From positions 1 through 41,187 of the forward strand of contig JALJEE010001992.1 in NCBI GenBank assembly GCA_023231475.1: 41,187 nucleotides of DNA. The letters are read 5' to 3'. This DNA is from Seison nebaliae. Taxonomy: Eukaryota. The translations under genes were made by a program, and so were the position numbers. Positions 22,298 to 34,720 of this stretch are shown in pieces (the first letter of the stretch is position 1; the number at the start of each line of letters is the position of its first letter). Under the pieces are notes generated by a model that saw only the letters and a program-made list of their open reading frames with translations, searched no databases and was not told where the DNA came from.

Positions 22298-24676
22298 TCA
22301 TTGAACGATTGGAGATCGCAATAATCGTAGATCTTCATCGGAACATTGTAAAAATGAAAAGGGAAGTTTCGACCAAATTTTTTCGCAAATAACTGGTCTG
22401 AAACCGTGTTCGAATTTTATACGGCGACAGTTTAAACTGTAATAAAGAAACATTTTTTCAAGAGTGACAATTCCAATTTCATTTGGACAATCTTTGCATG
22501 TCAATTTAATACTGTTAGCTCCATTTTTCAACATATGTTGATCACATCGAACATTACCTTCGATTAATTTTCCGGGAACGACATATCTCGATTGTTTCAA
22601 TTTTATTTCAGACGCCTTGCATATAAACCGTGAACAATGACGACAAGATACAGAATATCCCTCGACTGACACATTACTCTTTTCTAAACGTTCTTCTTTT
22701 GGAGGAACGGGAGATAATTTTAGAAGATTGCTCATTTGCTTTTTCATTTTATCAAAAAGATCTGATTCATTCAATAATTCCAAAGCTTGACTAGCGTGCA
22801 TGATCTCCTCTAATCGTTTGTTGAAGGCTTTGTCATTCACTTTTCCAGAATATATAAAAAATATTCTTCCTTGATCTTTACGGCATCTGCCTTTAGTTTG
22901 TACGACTCCTATATCACTTCCAATGTACTGGTAACATATGACGGTATTACAATCTTGAATATTGACACCTTCCTGAATTATATCGGTTCCTATTAAAATA
23001 TTCGATTTTCCTTCATCAAAATCATCCATCACTTGTACCTGTTTAGTTTGTTTAACACCCTTAACATTCTGAGTAGTGGATTGGCCGGCTATTTTTAAAA
23101 CTGAAAATATACCATTCAACTTCCCATTATTTTCTAAATGAAATGCGAGCGCTTCCATTATCACTTTGTCTGGAACAATGATGATTGCTCTAAACTTCTC
23201 CTTTTCAAGATAGTATTGTTCCGATAGTATATTTTCCAATTTTTCCACAATCAAACTTTTCTCATGCAAATTAAATGGAACGGATAAGAATAAATCACAA
23301 TAAATTGGTAACAATTGATCAATTTCTAATTCTCGACGGACTTTCCCATGGAACGATTCGATAGTTTCCATCTTATATGGTGAAGTATTCATCGCTAATT
23401 GTTCGGTAATGGATTGAATAAATTCTTTAAAAATCAGGAAGAAATTGTTTTCTATCTCTTTCAAATTGGTTGTTGATAATCGATCGCGATGGAAATCCAC
23501 CAAATTAAACAGAACATACACAAGAGGAATACTCTCGAATAGTTTGAGAGCGGAATGATATTTTTTTAAATATGCAATCTGCATTTTTTGTAAGATGGCT
23601 CGATCATTTAATGAATCGAACTTCTTTTCCAATTCTGCAAGTTTGGAGGAATATGATGCATCCGATTTACTGGTTTGAGATAGAAAGTTGTCAAAATTAT
23701 ATAATAATACAATTTTATCCATTGCATGGATTATGGCATTGCCGAATTTGGTGTCATTTACATTCCAATCAACCATAATATTGTCGATTGGTAATGAACT
23801 TGATATAACATTCTCTTTCAATTCCTCCACATTTTTCTTTACCGTAGAAATTTTACATTCGGGAAAATTTGATAATAATCTCGCAATTTCTTCAATACCG
23901 TTTTGGTTGGCCCCCACACCAAATGATGCAGTTAATCCACAAATTATTGGTCTTATCTTGTTCGTATTCCAATAACGAGCTATTATAGAATATGGATGAT
24001 CTTTCTTTATGTGATGGACTTCATCGAATATCACTAATTGAAATTGACTAATATCGATAAGTCCTTTCTGTAACCAATAAAGAAATTTTCCTGCTGTAAT
24101 AAAAATGACATCGAAAGCCAAACAAATATCAAATGTATGTTTCTCATTGACGGAAATCATTTTTAAATCTAAACCATTAGTAATTTGAACATTCGATTTG
24201 GCAGTTGGCATTAATGGTGTATTAATTCTCAGAGATTCTTTTATTTGATTGTACTGTTGAGTGACTAATACATTTGTGGGATTAATGAAGACGAACCTCA
24301 TCGGTGGAATTTCCTTTTCAATTTCTTCCATATTATCTCTAGTATTAAGAAACGTCTTCGCTTTCTGATAAGCATGATAACAGAATGATATTAGGATGGC
24401 AGATACGAACGTCTTACCCGCACCAGTTGGCAAATTGATGAGACTATTCTGACCATTAAACGAATATTCCAACACTTCCAATTGATATAATCTCGGAAGT
24501 TTCTCTAATTTCAATATTTTTTGAATATCTTCTTGTGGAGTATAAGATAAGAAACTCTTCCTTAATTGATGAAATTGTTTTAGAAAGATACTAAAGAAGA
24601 AATCATCCTGAATTTTTGTTGACCTTTCTTGAACAGAAAGTTCAATCGATGGATCTGAAAATCGGAAAGTTGCCAT
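22298..24676 (-). CDS. RIG-I-like receptor DExD/H helicase (Hel1-Hel2i-Hel2-CTD); 5' end may extend by small exons
   Basis: RLYQLE (Q motif), LPTGAGKT, FDEVHH, GLTAS, EGVNIQDCN, QTKGRCR, and C-terminal CRHC...CKDC zinc ligands with a late W as in the RLR C-terminal domain. Confidence 0.9.
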   Translation of the reverse strand: MATFRFSDPSIELSVQERSTKIQDDFFFSIFLKQFHQLRKSFLSYTPQEDIQKILKLEKLPRLYQLEVLEYSFNGQNSLINLPTGAGKTFVSAILISFCYHAYQKAKTFLNTRDNMEEIEKEIPPMRFVFINPTNVLVTQQYNQIKESLRINTPLMPTAKSNVQITNGLDLKMISVNEKHTFDICLAFDVIFITAGKFLYWLQKGLIDISQFQLVIFDEVHHIKKDHPYSIIARYWNTNKIRPIICGLTASFGVGANQNGIEEIARLLSNFPECKISTVKKNVEELKENVISSSLPIDNIMVDWNVNDTKFGNAIIHAMDKIVLLYNFDNFLSQTSKSDASYSSKLAELEKKFDSLNDRAILQKMQIAYLKKYHSALKLFESIPLVYVLFNLVDFHRDRLSTTNLKEIENNFFLIFKEFIQSITEQLAMNTSPYKMETIESFHGKVRRELEIDQLLPIYCDLFLSVPFNLHEKSLIVEKLENILSEQYYLEKEKFRAIIIVPDKVIMEALAFHLENNGKLNGIFSVLKIAGQSTTQNVKGVKQTKQVQVMDDFDEGKSNILIGTDIIQEGVNIQDCNTVICYQYIGSDIGVVQTKGRCRKDQGRIFFIYSGKVNDKAFNKRLEEIMHASQALELLNESDLFDKMKKQMSNLLKLSPVPPKEERLEKSNVSVEGYSVSCRHCSRFICKASEIKLKQSRYVVPGKLIEGNVRCDQHMLKNGANSIKLTCKDCPNEIGIVTLEKMFLYYSLNCRRIKFEHGFRPVICEKIWSKLPFSFLQCSDEDLRLLRSPIVQ

Positions 24677-25821
24677 GAAAAAGGAAAAATTAAAGAAATA
24701 TATATATTAAAGAAAAGGAAAACGTAATATAAACTTTCTTCATCATTTTCTCTTATAAACCGAAGAACCATAGTAATGAGCAAATTTAGAGATGAATCAT
24801 TTGAAACACAATCAAGCTATTAAATCAAAACATTATTTAAAAATTAATTTTGAAAAGAAGCGATTACTCAACTCGTTGCGAAACGAAAGACGGAAGAGCA
24901 GTAACAACAACTACATTTCAATTGAGAGTTCTCTAACCTTTCTTTATAATAAAATTGTTTTTGCAATATGTTCATATTAAATATGAGTTCGCCTGAACCA
25001 CCGACATTACAATTTTAAGAACTTTATAAATCTACTTGTTATTAAATCATCTCTAAATCAGAGGGGTCAAGTTTCGAAAGTAATATCACTCGAAATCATC
25101 AACAATAATATCACAATTAACTTATCAATTTTAAAAGTAACGATTAATTCGTTTCATTCTCTTATTTTTGTTTTAAGTTAAGTTTACACAATATTATCAA
25201 ATTCGCAATTCCAACATATATCTGAGTGTGTATCGATATCTAATGACTAAAGAACGACAAATAAAGTCACGAATGACTGATGGGAAACTAATGTTATGTA
25301 ACTTTCTTATCATTAGGAACCTTTCAGATTGTATCAACATCGAAATCAACGTTGAGAACATCAATCATCTTCCTTGTTTAGTCACTCAAGTCTTCAGATA
25401 ATTACCGCATAATCACCATAGTACCAGAAATATAATTTGGTTTATCTACCATTTTATCCTTTAATCAATTATCAAAACTTATAATTCAATTTATCATGTC
25501 ATTCATTTATCATAATTCAATTTTCAAATACTCTCCTTTCTTTCCATGATTTTAAAACTTTCACAAACTATTTTTTAAAACTTCTTTGTATCTAATAGTC
25601 ATCTTACCAAACTTCTATCGGATCCTTCTTGTAATTACCTCGCTTACGGATACATATCCCTGTGAATGTTGTCTTTTTACGAATAGCAGGTTCTGTGACA
25701 TCATACTGGAGTTCAAATACTATAAGTTACAATGTTGCTTTATCTAAAAATTTAAACAAAAGTTTACAAGATTTTTGATAATATCGGGACGTCGTTAATA
25801 AGAACTCACAAGAACGGGTGA

Positions 25822-26072
25822 CGGATCTAGTCTCACCCAACGTTTAGTCTCACCCTCTTGTCTATTTTTGGAGCGGGAATAACTTTAATTTCGGAGATGG
25901 TCTCACCCGTATTTCTTCTATTCGGATGGAGTCTCACCCTGAGGATCATCGACCCCCTCTCCGAATTGCATTTTTCATAAGGTGAGACCGAATTCATCTC
26001 CGAAATTAAAATTGTTCCCGCTCCAAAAATAGAAGACAGGGTGAGAGTAGCTATAAAGTGAGAGTAGCTCCT
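25822..26072. mobile_element. Degenerate MITE-like inverted repeat with subterminal GTCTCACC motifs
   Basis: TCTATTTTTGGAGCGGGAA..TTTAATTTCGGAGATG is mirrored by CATCTCCGAAATTAAA..TTCCCGCTCCAAAAATAGA. There are four GTCTCACC motifs on the left and three GTGAGA on the right. Confidence 0.75.
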
Positions 26073-26946
26073 AAATTTATTGATGAGAAGTTCCCGAACA
26101 ACTTGAACGTATGAAAGCCATCAAGGTATTGAACAAAATGAACATCGATTAATTAATGGATCCAATCAATCTGTCTCTGTAGTAAAAATATGTAGTTTAA
26201 CTTTCACATTATTAACTAACATTAAATTTAAGTTCATATTACAACATTTTGAACATATCCCATATGGATACGTAACCATACATAACCATATGGGTTCCTA
26301 GTGCTTGAACATAATTGGATATTTGTTATTTTCTCTGTTGAAGATATCTTCTTAATCGATTTTATTTCGGTAAATGTAAATGATATTACAAATTGTTAGT
26401 GATTCACTAGCTATGGACAAAATGGAATGATTCTTTCATTCAAATAACCTGATTGTGAAGTGGCTCACAATGACAGTTCAAAAAAATCGATATTTTTATG
26501 TTTTATATATATATCACTTTTCCCTAATTAATGTGTTTAAACAACAACGTATATACAATATTTATATACTTTTCATGTATATCTTTTCAAGTTCTTTCAA
26601 CCATTTATGATGTAATCTAAATGAATTATGTTTGCACAACCGAACAATTTATTGTTGGACTTTATATACTTGGATCGAAGGATAAAATAATGATTGAAAT
26701 TTAATAATAGTTGATTTATATTTACAAATACTTATTAATAGTTCTCCTATCAGATGATATTTGATATACAAGAGATTAACTTGAGACGATGTCATGTTTA
26801 ATTCTCCGAAATTTCCATTAATCATTATTTTTATGATTCTTCTCTCAACTCAAATCTTCTCTCTGATCAGTTGATCAAATATGAAGAAGAAGTAAAAGAA
26901 AGAAATATGAATCGATAGCTTCAAATCGTAAAGGAATCGAATTAAA

Positions 26947-29633
26947 ATGAAAAGTCAAAGTCGTTTTCTGATTTCGCACTTGTCCACTTTTCGAAGAAGC
27001 GTGCTAGCTGCTGTCGGTTTGGCTTCAGTTGGAACAGCTGCTTATTTCTTGCAGACGAAGAATAAAAGAGAACAGCAGACAATCGTAGAATATAATGATG
27101 TGAAGAATAATAATGTTTATCGAGTTTAGTTTCTTTTTTACGAAAGAGTTATATATAAGTAAATAGTTTTATTCAACTGTCAGTGCAGCTGATGCAGATT
27201 TTGAAGGAGAAATTAGTGAAAAAAAGAAAAAAGATTTCCAAAGTTTTCTTTCGGAAAATAAATTGCAATGGCGAACGAAATTACCGACGAGAGAAATGGT
27301 GATTGACAATTTAGTTGAATCAGATGAAGAATATGATGTTATCATTGTTGGTGGTGGTGCTACAGGTGCCGGTATTGCTGTCGATGCAATTTCCAGAGGT
27401 TTCCATTTTTCATTCATATGTTTATATATATATGTATATTTGAAATTATTGATGTTAAATAGGACTGAAAACATTGTTGATAGAGAAATTCGATTTTTCT
27501 TCAGGAACAAGTAGTCGTAGTACTAAATTAATTCATGGAGGTGTACGATATTTGGAGAAAGCATTCAAACAATTCGATATTGAACAAGTTCTTCACTCTA
27601 AAAATATTGTTAATGTTAATCGATCTTCTAAAAAGTATCGGATGGTAAAGGAGGCATTAATTGAACGTGCAAATTTATTAGAAATCGCTCCTCATCTTTC
27701 TTATCCTTTACCGATTATGTTGCCCATTTATAAATGGTATTTAGCACCATATTTCTACGCTGGAATTAAAGTTTACGATTTGATATCGGGAAGGAAATTA
27801 CTGAAATCCAGCTACTTCATTGGGAAGAAGAAGGCGTTGGAATTGTTTCCACATTTGAAACGTGATGAATTGTTTGGTGCCATCATCTATTATGATGGTG
27901 CACATAATGATGCACGAATGAATTTATCTCTCATTATGACGGCATCGAGATTGGGTGCTGATTGTATAAATCATGTGACGGTTAATGGATTGGAAGAAGC
28001 GGATGGTCGAATAAATGGAGTTGTTTGTATCGATCGATTATCCGAACGGATTTTTCATGTGAAAGGTAAAGCGATTGTTAATGCAACTGGAGCTTATACT
28101 GATTCAATACGACAGATGGATGATAAATCTGTCAAATCCATTTGTCAACCAAGTGCTGGTGTCCACATCGTCCTCCCTGATTATTATAGGTTACATTCAA
28201 ATTATTATTTGAATTTTAATTTCTAAGTTTCATTTAGTCCGACTAATATGGGTCTACTCGATCCTCAAACATCAGATGGTCGTGTCATTTTTTTTCTACC
28301 TTGGCAAAAACATACTTTAGCTGGTTAGTTCCATTTTATAGGAATTATTTCTAATTTCTTTTCTCTCAAGGTACAACTGATACACCATGTGATTTAACTG
28401 ATCGACCATCGCCAACAGAAGATGATGTTGAATTCATTTTGAAGGAAATCAAAAATTATTTGAATAAAGATATAATAGGTGTATTCATTTTTTTCTTTTC
28501 ACCCTCTTCTAATTCATTTTTTAGTGAGATTGGGTGATGTTTGTTCCGCTTGGAGTGGAATTCGTCCGTTAGTTTCAGATCCAAATAAATCAGACGATCA
28601 AACGGAAAATTTAGCGAGAAATCATATAATACATGTGAGTAAGAAAGGTTTGATTACGATCGCTGGAGGCAAATGGACAACATATCGAGAAATGGCGAAA
28701 GAAACGGTTGATAAATTGATCGAAACAATTCCAAATATTTCTCCGACGGGACCATCGCAAACTTTAGGATTACCTTTAGAAGGTGCTCATCAATGGAAAC
28801 CAACTTCATTCATTAAATTAGTTCAAAATTATGGATTAGATACGGATGTAGCAGTACATCTCTCAGAAACTTATGGTGATAAAGCAGCTAGAGTTTGTGA
28901 TTTAGGTACGGCAACTAAACGTCGTTGGCCTGTCACTGGTAAACGATTACACGAGGATTTCCCTTATATTGAAGCTGAAATACGATATGGTTGTCGTCAT
29001 GAAAACGCTCGACGAGCAGTTGATATGTTGAGTCGTAGAACAAGATTATCATTCTTAAATGTGATGGCAGCGAATGAAACGATTGATAGAATTGTTCAAA
29101 TAATGTCTGAAGAATTGAATTGGACGAGAGCTCGTCAGAAGGAAGAAATTGAACATGCCAAACATTTCCTCATGGTAGAAATGGGAGGAAATCTCAAATG
29201 TTGTGAATTGAAAAATGAGAAGAAGAGTGTCCATTTAACAGAGGGTGAAAGGAGAAAATATGAAGCGATGTTCCTCGATTTGGATAAAGAGAGGAAAGGA
29301 TATCTCACAATAAAAAGCCTCAAAAAAATTTTTACGGTTTTAATTTTTTGAAATTCTTCTCATTATTTCAATTTAATCAGGTTAATGAAATTGATATTCA
29401 TGATTTAGATCTATTTTTGAATGAAGTCGATAAACAGAATAATGGAGAGATCAACAAATCAGAATTTCTTCAAGTTCTTCCTTCATTCTCAATTGTAAGA
29501 GGAATTAATGAAATAATTTTTTGTATAGTTGATGGAATCCTTGAAATATGGAACTGCTTCTTATACGACACGTCATGTGGCAAAGAATTTCAAAGCTAAA
29601 TTGGATGTAAGACGATCAGGTGGCGGTGTGTAG
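26947..29633 (+). CDS. GPD2: Mitochondrial FAD-dependent glycerol-3-phosphate dehydrogenase with C-terminal EF-hands; 9 exons
   Basis: YDVIIVGGGATGAG, SSGTSSRSTKLIHGGVRYL, DIEQ|YRMVKEAL, TSDGRVIFFLPW, WSGIRPLV, IAGGKWTTYR, EF-hand loops, and terminal RSGGGV*. Confidence 0.97.
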
Positions 29634-32600
29634 GAGAACGTGTAAATCTTCAAAAGATCATTCGTTTCGTTTAAACGTCGTCGATTAGATAAAATCTCAA
29701 CATCTTCTTTTTTATTTACATATTTCCTTCCATTTTCTTCATTCTCTATCTATCCAATGAAGATGATGGTGATGATATTGATGCTGCTAATTCTTTGATT
29801 GATATCTCTTTTTCTGTTTATAGAATAATCTCGATATTTATTTATTATTATCATCCGCCTCTCTCTCATTGATTCATTTATTCTTCTTTAAATTTACGTG
29901 TACGTCATGTTAGATATATGTATTGATCCATTCTAGTAATTATCATTAAATCGAATAAAAACCACCTTTTCTCAAACATTAAATTTCAACAGATTATTCA
30001 TCAAACAACTTCTTTTTGTGAGAAGTCGATTAAAGGACATATCGATTATTGGTATTATAATCGTCCACGATTATTTTCCAAATGTCAATCTAATTTCTGG
30101 AATTCTCTTCTTAAAGAAATTCAACAGTGAAAAAAATGGAATCATCTTCTTATAACATCGTTGACAATATCTGAAAAGTTATTTTGTTTATAAGAAATCA
30201 ATCCATCGAATCGAATAACGTCGACGATTGAATGGAGGGAGACACGTATTAAAGATTAATTCGAAACATTTCTTCCGTTTTCTTCATCGGATTATTCTGC
30301 TATTTCTCTCTTTCAGGACAACAGAAGAACATCAATTTTTTCTTTCCATCAAATACGACATAATTTATTGACTTTGATCGATATAATCAATAATAATATT
30401 GATCATTATCATTGGAATTCTTCCCATAGAAGGCGAATGATAAGGATGTATGATAATGTTAAATAAGAAGTGTAATTTTATTCAATAATTTCATTTCCGA
30501 ACCTTATCGAAAGAGAATCTTTTTCCTTTTAATTTTATCTAATATAATCAGTAAACCTCAAACTGTCCACACTAAATAAAGTTCCTTCTTTTTATTTCAT
30601 TCATTTCGTATAATTCACAAACGAATGTCTTTCCTTAAACGACTAACGACTAAAATAAAACGATTTTTAGACAATCATAAAATTTTCGTCAAATTCGACA
30701 ATTTATTAATAAATATCTTATCATTTTGAATTTTGTTCTCTTCAAATATGAATTGTTGATATGTTTCCACGTTTTCCTAATCTGATAATGAATCTATAAT
30801 TCCCACAAATTAGTTAATAGATGAACGTGACGTTATCATAACTAATCGGGCCAGTTTTGTGTAGTGTCGCCTGTCCTATTTGTCAGATTGTTTCTTGTAA
30901 ATTTATCATTAATCGATTGTCAAAAAATGATGTTAGAAGAACGTAACAATTCCTAATATGTATGAAGAATAGCAGTTCGACAGTTTAAAATCATATTCGG
31001 GAATCATATTTTGTGACACATATAACGACAGAATCAGTTTGGAAGAGAATTCCATTATTTCCCGCTAATTATTTAATGTGAGAGAAAAAGGAAACCAATT
31101 AGACAATCGGTCTTTTATTTCTCTCATTTCTTCTTCTTCTAAGGGACGACGATCAAACTAATGAAAATATACAATGACGATATTTTAACAAGAACATTTT
31201 TGATTAATTAATTTGAAGAAAAAACTTATGTAATTTTTGGGGAGGAATTAAATGAATTCGAATTATTTTTGCACTTAACTTAGAGGATTTCAACTGAGAG
31301 GAATCGTCATTTCAAACGATATGTAACTTAACATGAATTTTGTTGAAATCTCCTTTGAGATGAATAGAAGGAAATCGATAATTGTGTTCTACAACGATTA
31401 TATCCGAAGAGGAGGAAAAGAAAGAAGAGAAGAAATTGGAATATGCTTGAAGGTAAAAAGTATCAATAAGTACATTTGTAGTACCATAGTTGCGATTGAC
31501 ATTCAATTTCAATACGTGACGTTCCCTAAATGAGGACCTTGAACTGGTTGAGGTACTCATTGGGGGGGTCTGCTCCTTCCCAATATGTGTTTGCGGAGTA
31601 AATGAATTGAACATATGTGATAGAACAAACTCGATATAAGATGATAAGGAGTAATAAAAATCGAAGAAGGAAAATATCGAAAACTTTATATCGGAAGGTG
31701 ATAGAGATTCTTACTATGGAATTCATTCATCAATTCCATGAAACGGAATTGGTTGCTGTTAACATTGACGATATGGAAGAAGAGAAAAGTACAATGTTTT
31801 CTAATTAGTTATCGTATTGTAAAATGAAGAATGGATCTTTTATGTTATTGATTTATTCATATAAGTAGAATGGTAAATGACATTTCTTGCTCAACTCGTT
31901 TATTATTCATATTATGTAATGTTGTCTACGAATTGTTCGTGGATGTCTATACTGAAATATATCGAATCAGTTTATTTACTATGGATCAAATGGTGATATG
32001 AGTACATGAATGCTATACGATAAACGAATACGATGTGATGCTTCCAACATATGATTGATCTGATGGCTGGGAGAAGAATGTAAAATGTAATGAAGAAACC
32101 TCTTTTCAATCATGATCCAAGTCAATGTCATCATCTATTGATCATTAAGTAGTAGATCCAATAATTTTACATTTATACTCAATTTGTCATCGAACTCATT
32201 GGAGAGGAATCATCGTCATTCAAAGACTTTCGACATTTCCATAATTCTCGTAAGGAAATTTAAATTTCTGCATATTATTCGGCTCAATCCTTTGGATCAA
32301 CTACTTCACTTTCACATAATAAAGTTCATCTTGATGAGAATATTGGAAGAAGGAACAAAAAGAACTTTCATACATTTTCACTTCATACTTGTTAGTTAAT
32401 TTTTTTCGCACAATTTCTTCATGCCTTTCTCGTACCAGTTTGGAAATTCGGTCGATCAATACTTAATTATCTAATATAACATCAATTTAGGAAGAAGTGC
32501 ACTTGTCAATATTAGTTAATGCTCATATTAGGGCAATTTTTTCGTGATAATCATTATCTGTCATAAAATTGGAAATTGTTCTATTCCTTCTAACAAACTT

Positions 32601-34720
32601 CCATATTAATAGGAAATGGGAAAATGACGATATGAAAAATGTTGAGAATAACAAACTAATATAGAAAGGAAATTTCATATTATGAAATCGTTAATACTTC
32701 CAAATTATCGATCAATTCACTCATCCGTTCTACTCTCCTCCCGATATTTCTGTAAATAATTTCCTTGTTCCACAAAAAAAAAATTATCCGTATTCTTTTG
32801 TTGAAAATCGAAAGAGATTGGACAGTTCGCTGAATGAATTGAAAATAAACTTTCAAAAAGAAAACAACCAGAGTGCTCTCTAACCATAATACGCAACTTA
32901 TATAGAGTACCATCATATGACTCACGACAAATCGTAATATGATAATTACGTTTTACTCCTTTCATTTATCACTGTGACCGAATTGTCTGATAATGCATTT
33001 TCCGTATGTATCATATTTGTGCAATAATGAATAATATTGAAAGTTGATTGACAGTCTATCGCCATCGGTAATAAAAACAACGTAGCACCACATCATTTAT
33101 TCACTTATCTTACATTATTTGGATAAATAGGTTGAACAGTTCATTGAGATCATTTGATAGTAAACGACGATGATTGTACATAGATAATACTGTACGTATC
33201 CTTTTACTAATGGAAGGGAGTTAGTTAGATTATATTAAATTACTTTAAACTATACATCGGTCGAAAGAATAATATGATGAGAATAGTAATGATATCGAGT
33301 TCATAAATTAACAATATCTTTTGTCAAATCATTTTATTGGTGAAGAAAAGAATTTTTTGGAATTATCGTAATTTCAATCTAATGATATTATGGATAAAGG
33401 TAACGAGGATAATTTATCTGATGTAATTTAATTTATTTTCATTAAATGAGTATATGCCATTATGGTCAATTGATATGGATATAGATATCTTTCCTTAAAA
33501 TGAAAAGTTGCGAAGTGAAAACATTTTTCCTCAAAATTTCAATACTTTTTATGGGTATAATTCTCTCTCCAATATTTTGGGAAAGATATTTTTTCAAATT
33601 CAAAAACCAGGAAATGAACACGAGTTGTATTTCCTTAAATTTCAATCAATGTTCGAGTTAAAATAATCCACATCATTTAATCCATTTAATTATCATGTTG
33701 TTACTATTGTTGTGGAATGATGAAAAATCATGAAGGGAAAGTTGAAGAAAACTGAAATATGATGGAAAGCTAAATGAAATGGTTGTGTAAAACATAATTT
33801 CATTTTGGTTGAATATAATTTATTACATAATATTCGTTCTTCAAACAGACGAATATTATGTGAGTAACAGAATGTAATATGTAACGAACGTCTTTAATTC
33901 AACATCATAACGTAAACTTCCTCATTTCCTTCAAATTCTATCCCTCTTGAATGTCTATCAGCATCATCATTATATTCGTCGACAATTTATCATCACTACC
34001 CACCATAGTTTATATCATCATCAACACCACAGATATGGCGATGATGATTATGATGAAGTTGAAAGAGTAAGTAAAGAATAATTTACATAAACGTTATGAA
34101 AGTCGATTTTGTAAACAGAAAGAAAACGGAAAAGGAGAAGAAACAGTCTTATTATGTCTGATGATTGCATAACGTCCAATTAATATATGAAAACGTCACG
34201 TGCTCTCGGTCGATAATCTTATTGTTCAATAATTCTTTAATTCTTTCATCATATAATTCTTCTTCTTGTCTTCTTCATTCCCTTATTCTTCCTTACTTTT
34301 TATTCTTCTTTGTTCTTGTTTATGATGAAATAGAATTATTCAGATGATTAATAAGAAAATGGAAGAAGAATGACAAATAGTTCTATAATAAACAATCCTT
34401 TCCGATTATATCATTAAAAAAACGAAAGTTAACATTTGAAAACGTTTCAAGATCTTCATCGTCTTTCAATCATCACAACGACCAGTTTTCTACCTCCTTC
34501 ATTTCAATTATTTCATTTGATTGAAGAAGTTATTCTTCAAAGATTCAGTAAAATAATCATCATTCTGAAATTAAAAGGGGAGACTCTTTTGAAAAATAAC
34601 AAAAGAAGAACAAACTGATCTCATCGATATTACGAACCATGATGTGAAATAGTCGTTTGTGCTAGACGGAGAATACGTGTAGTAGCGAAGAAGTTATTAA
34701 TAATAATCTTCTCTACAACA

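Noticed and set aside
25680..25725. B-box-like GGAGTTCAAATAC suggesting a tRNA or SINE
   Set aside because: No cloverleaf stems or convincing A box.
25830..25940. Spaced GTCTCACC repeats as a CRISPR-like array
   Set aside because: The repeats are 8 bp with irregular spacing, mirrored on the other strand, in a eukaryotic context with no cas genes. An inverted-repeat element explains them.
31312..32965. Short ORFs between GPD2 and the kinesin-like gene
   Set aside because: No recognisable motifs, and I could not chain them with consistent splice sites.
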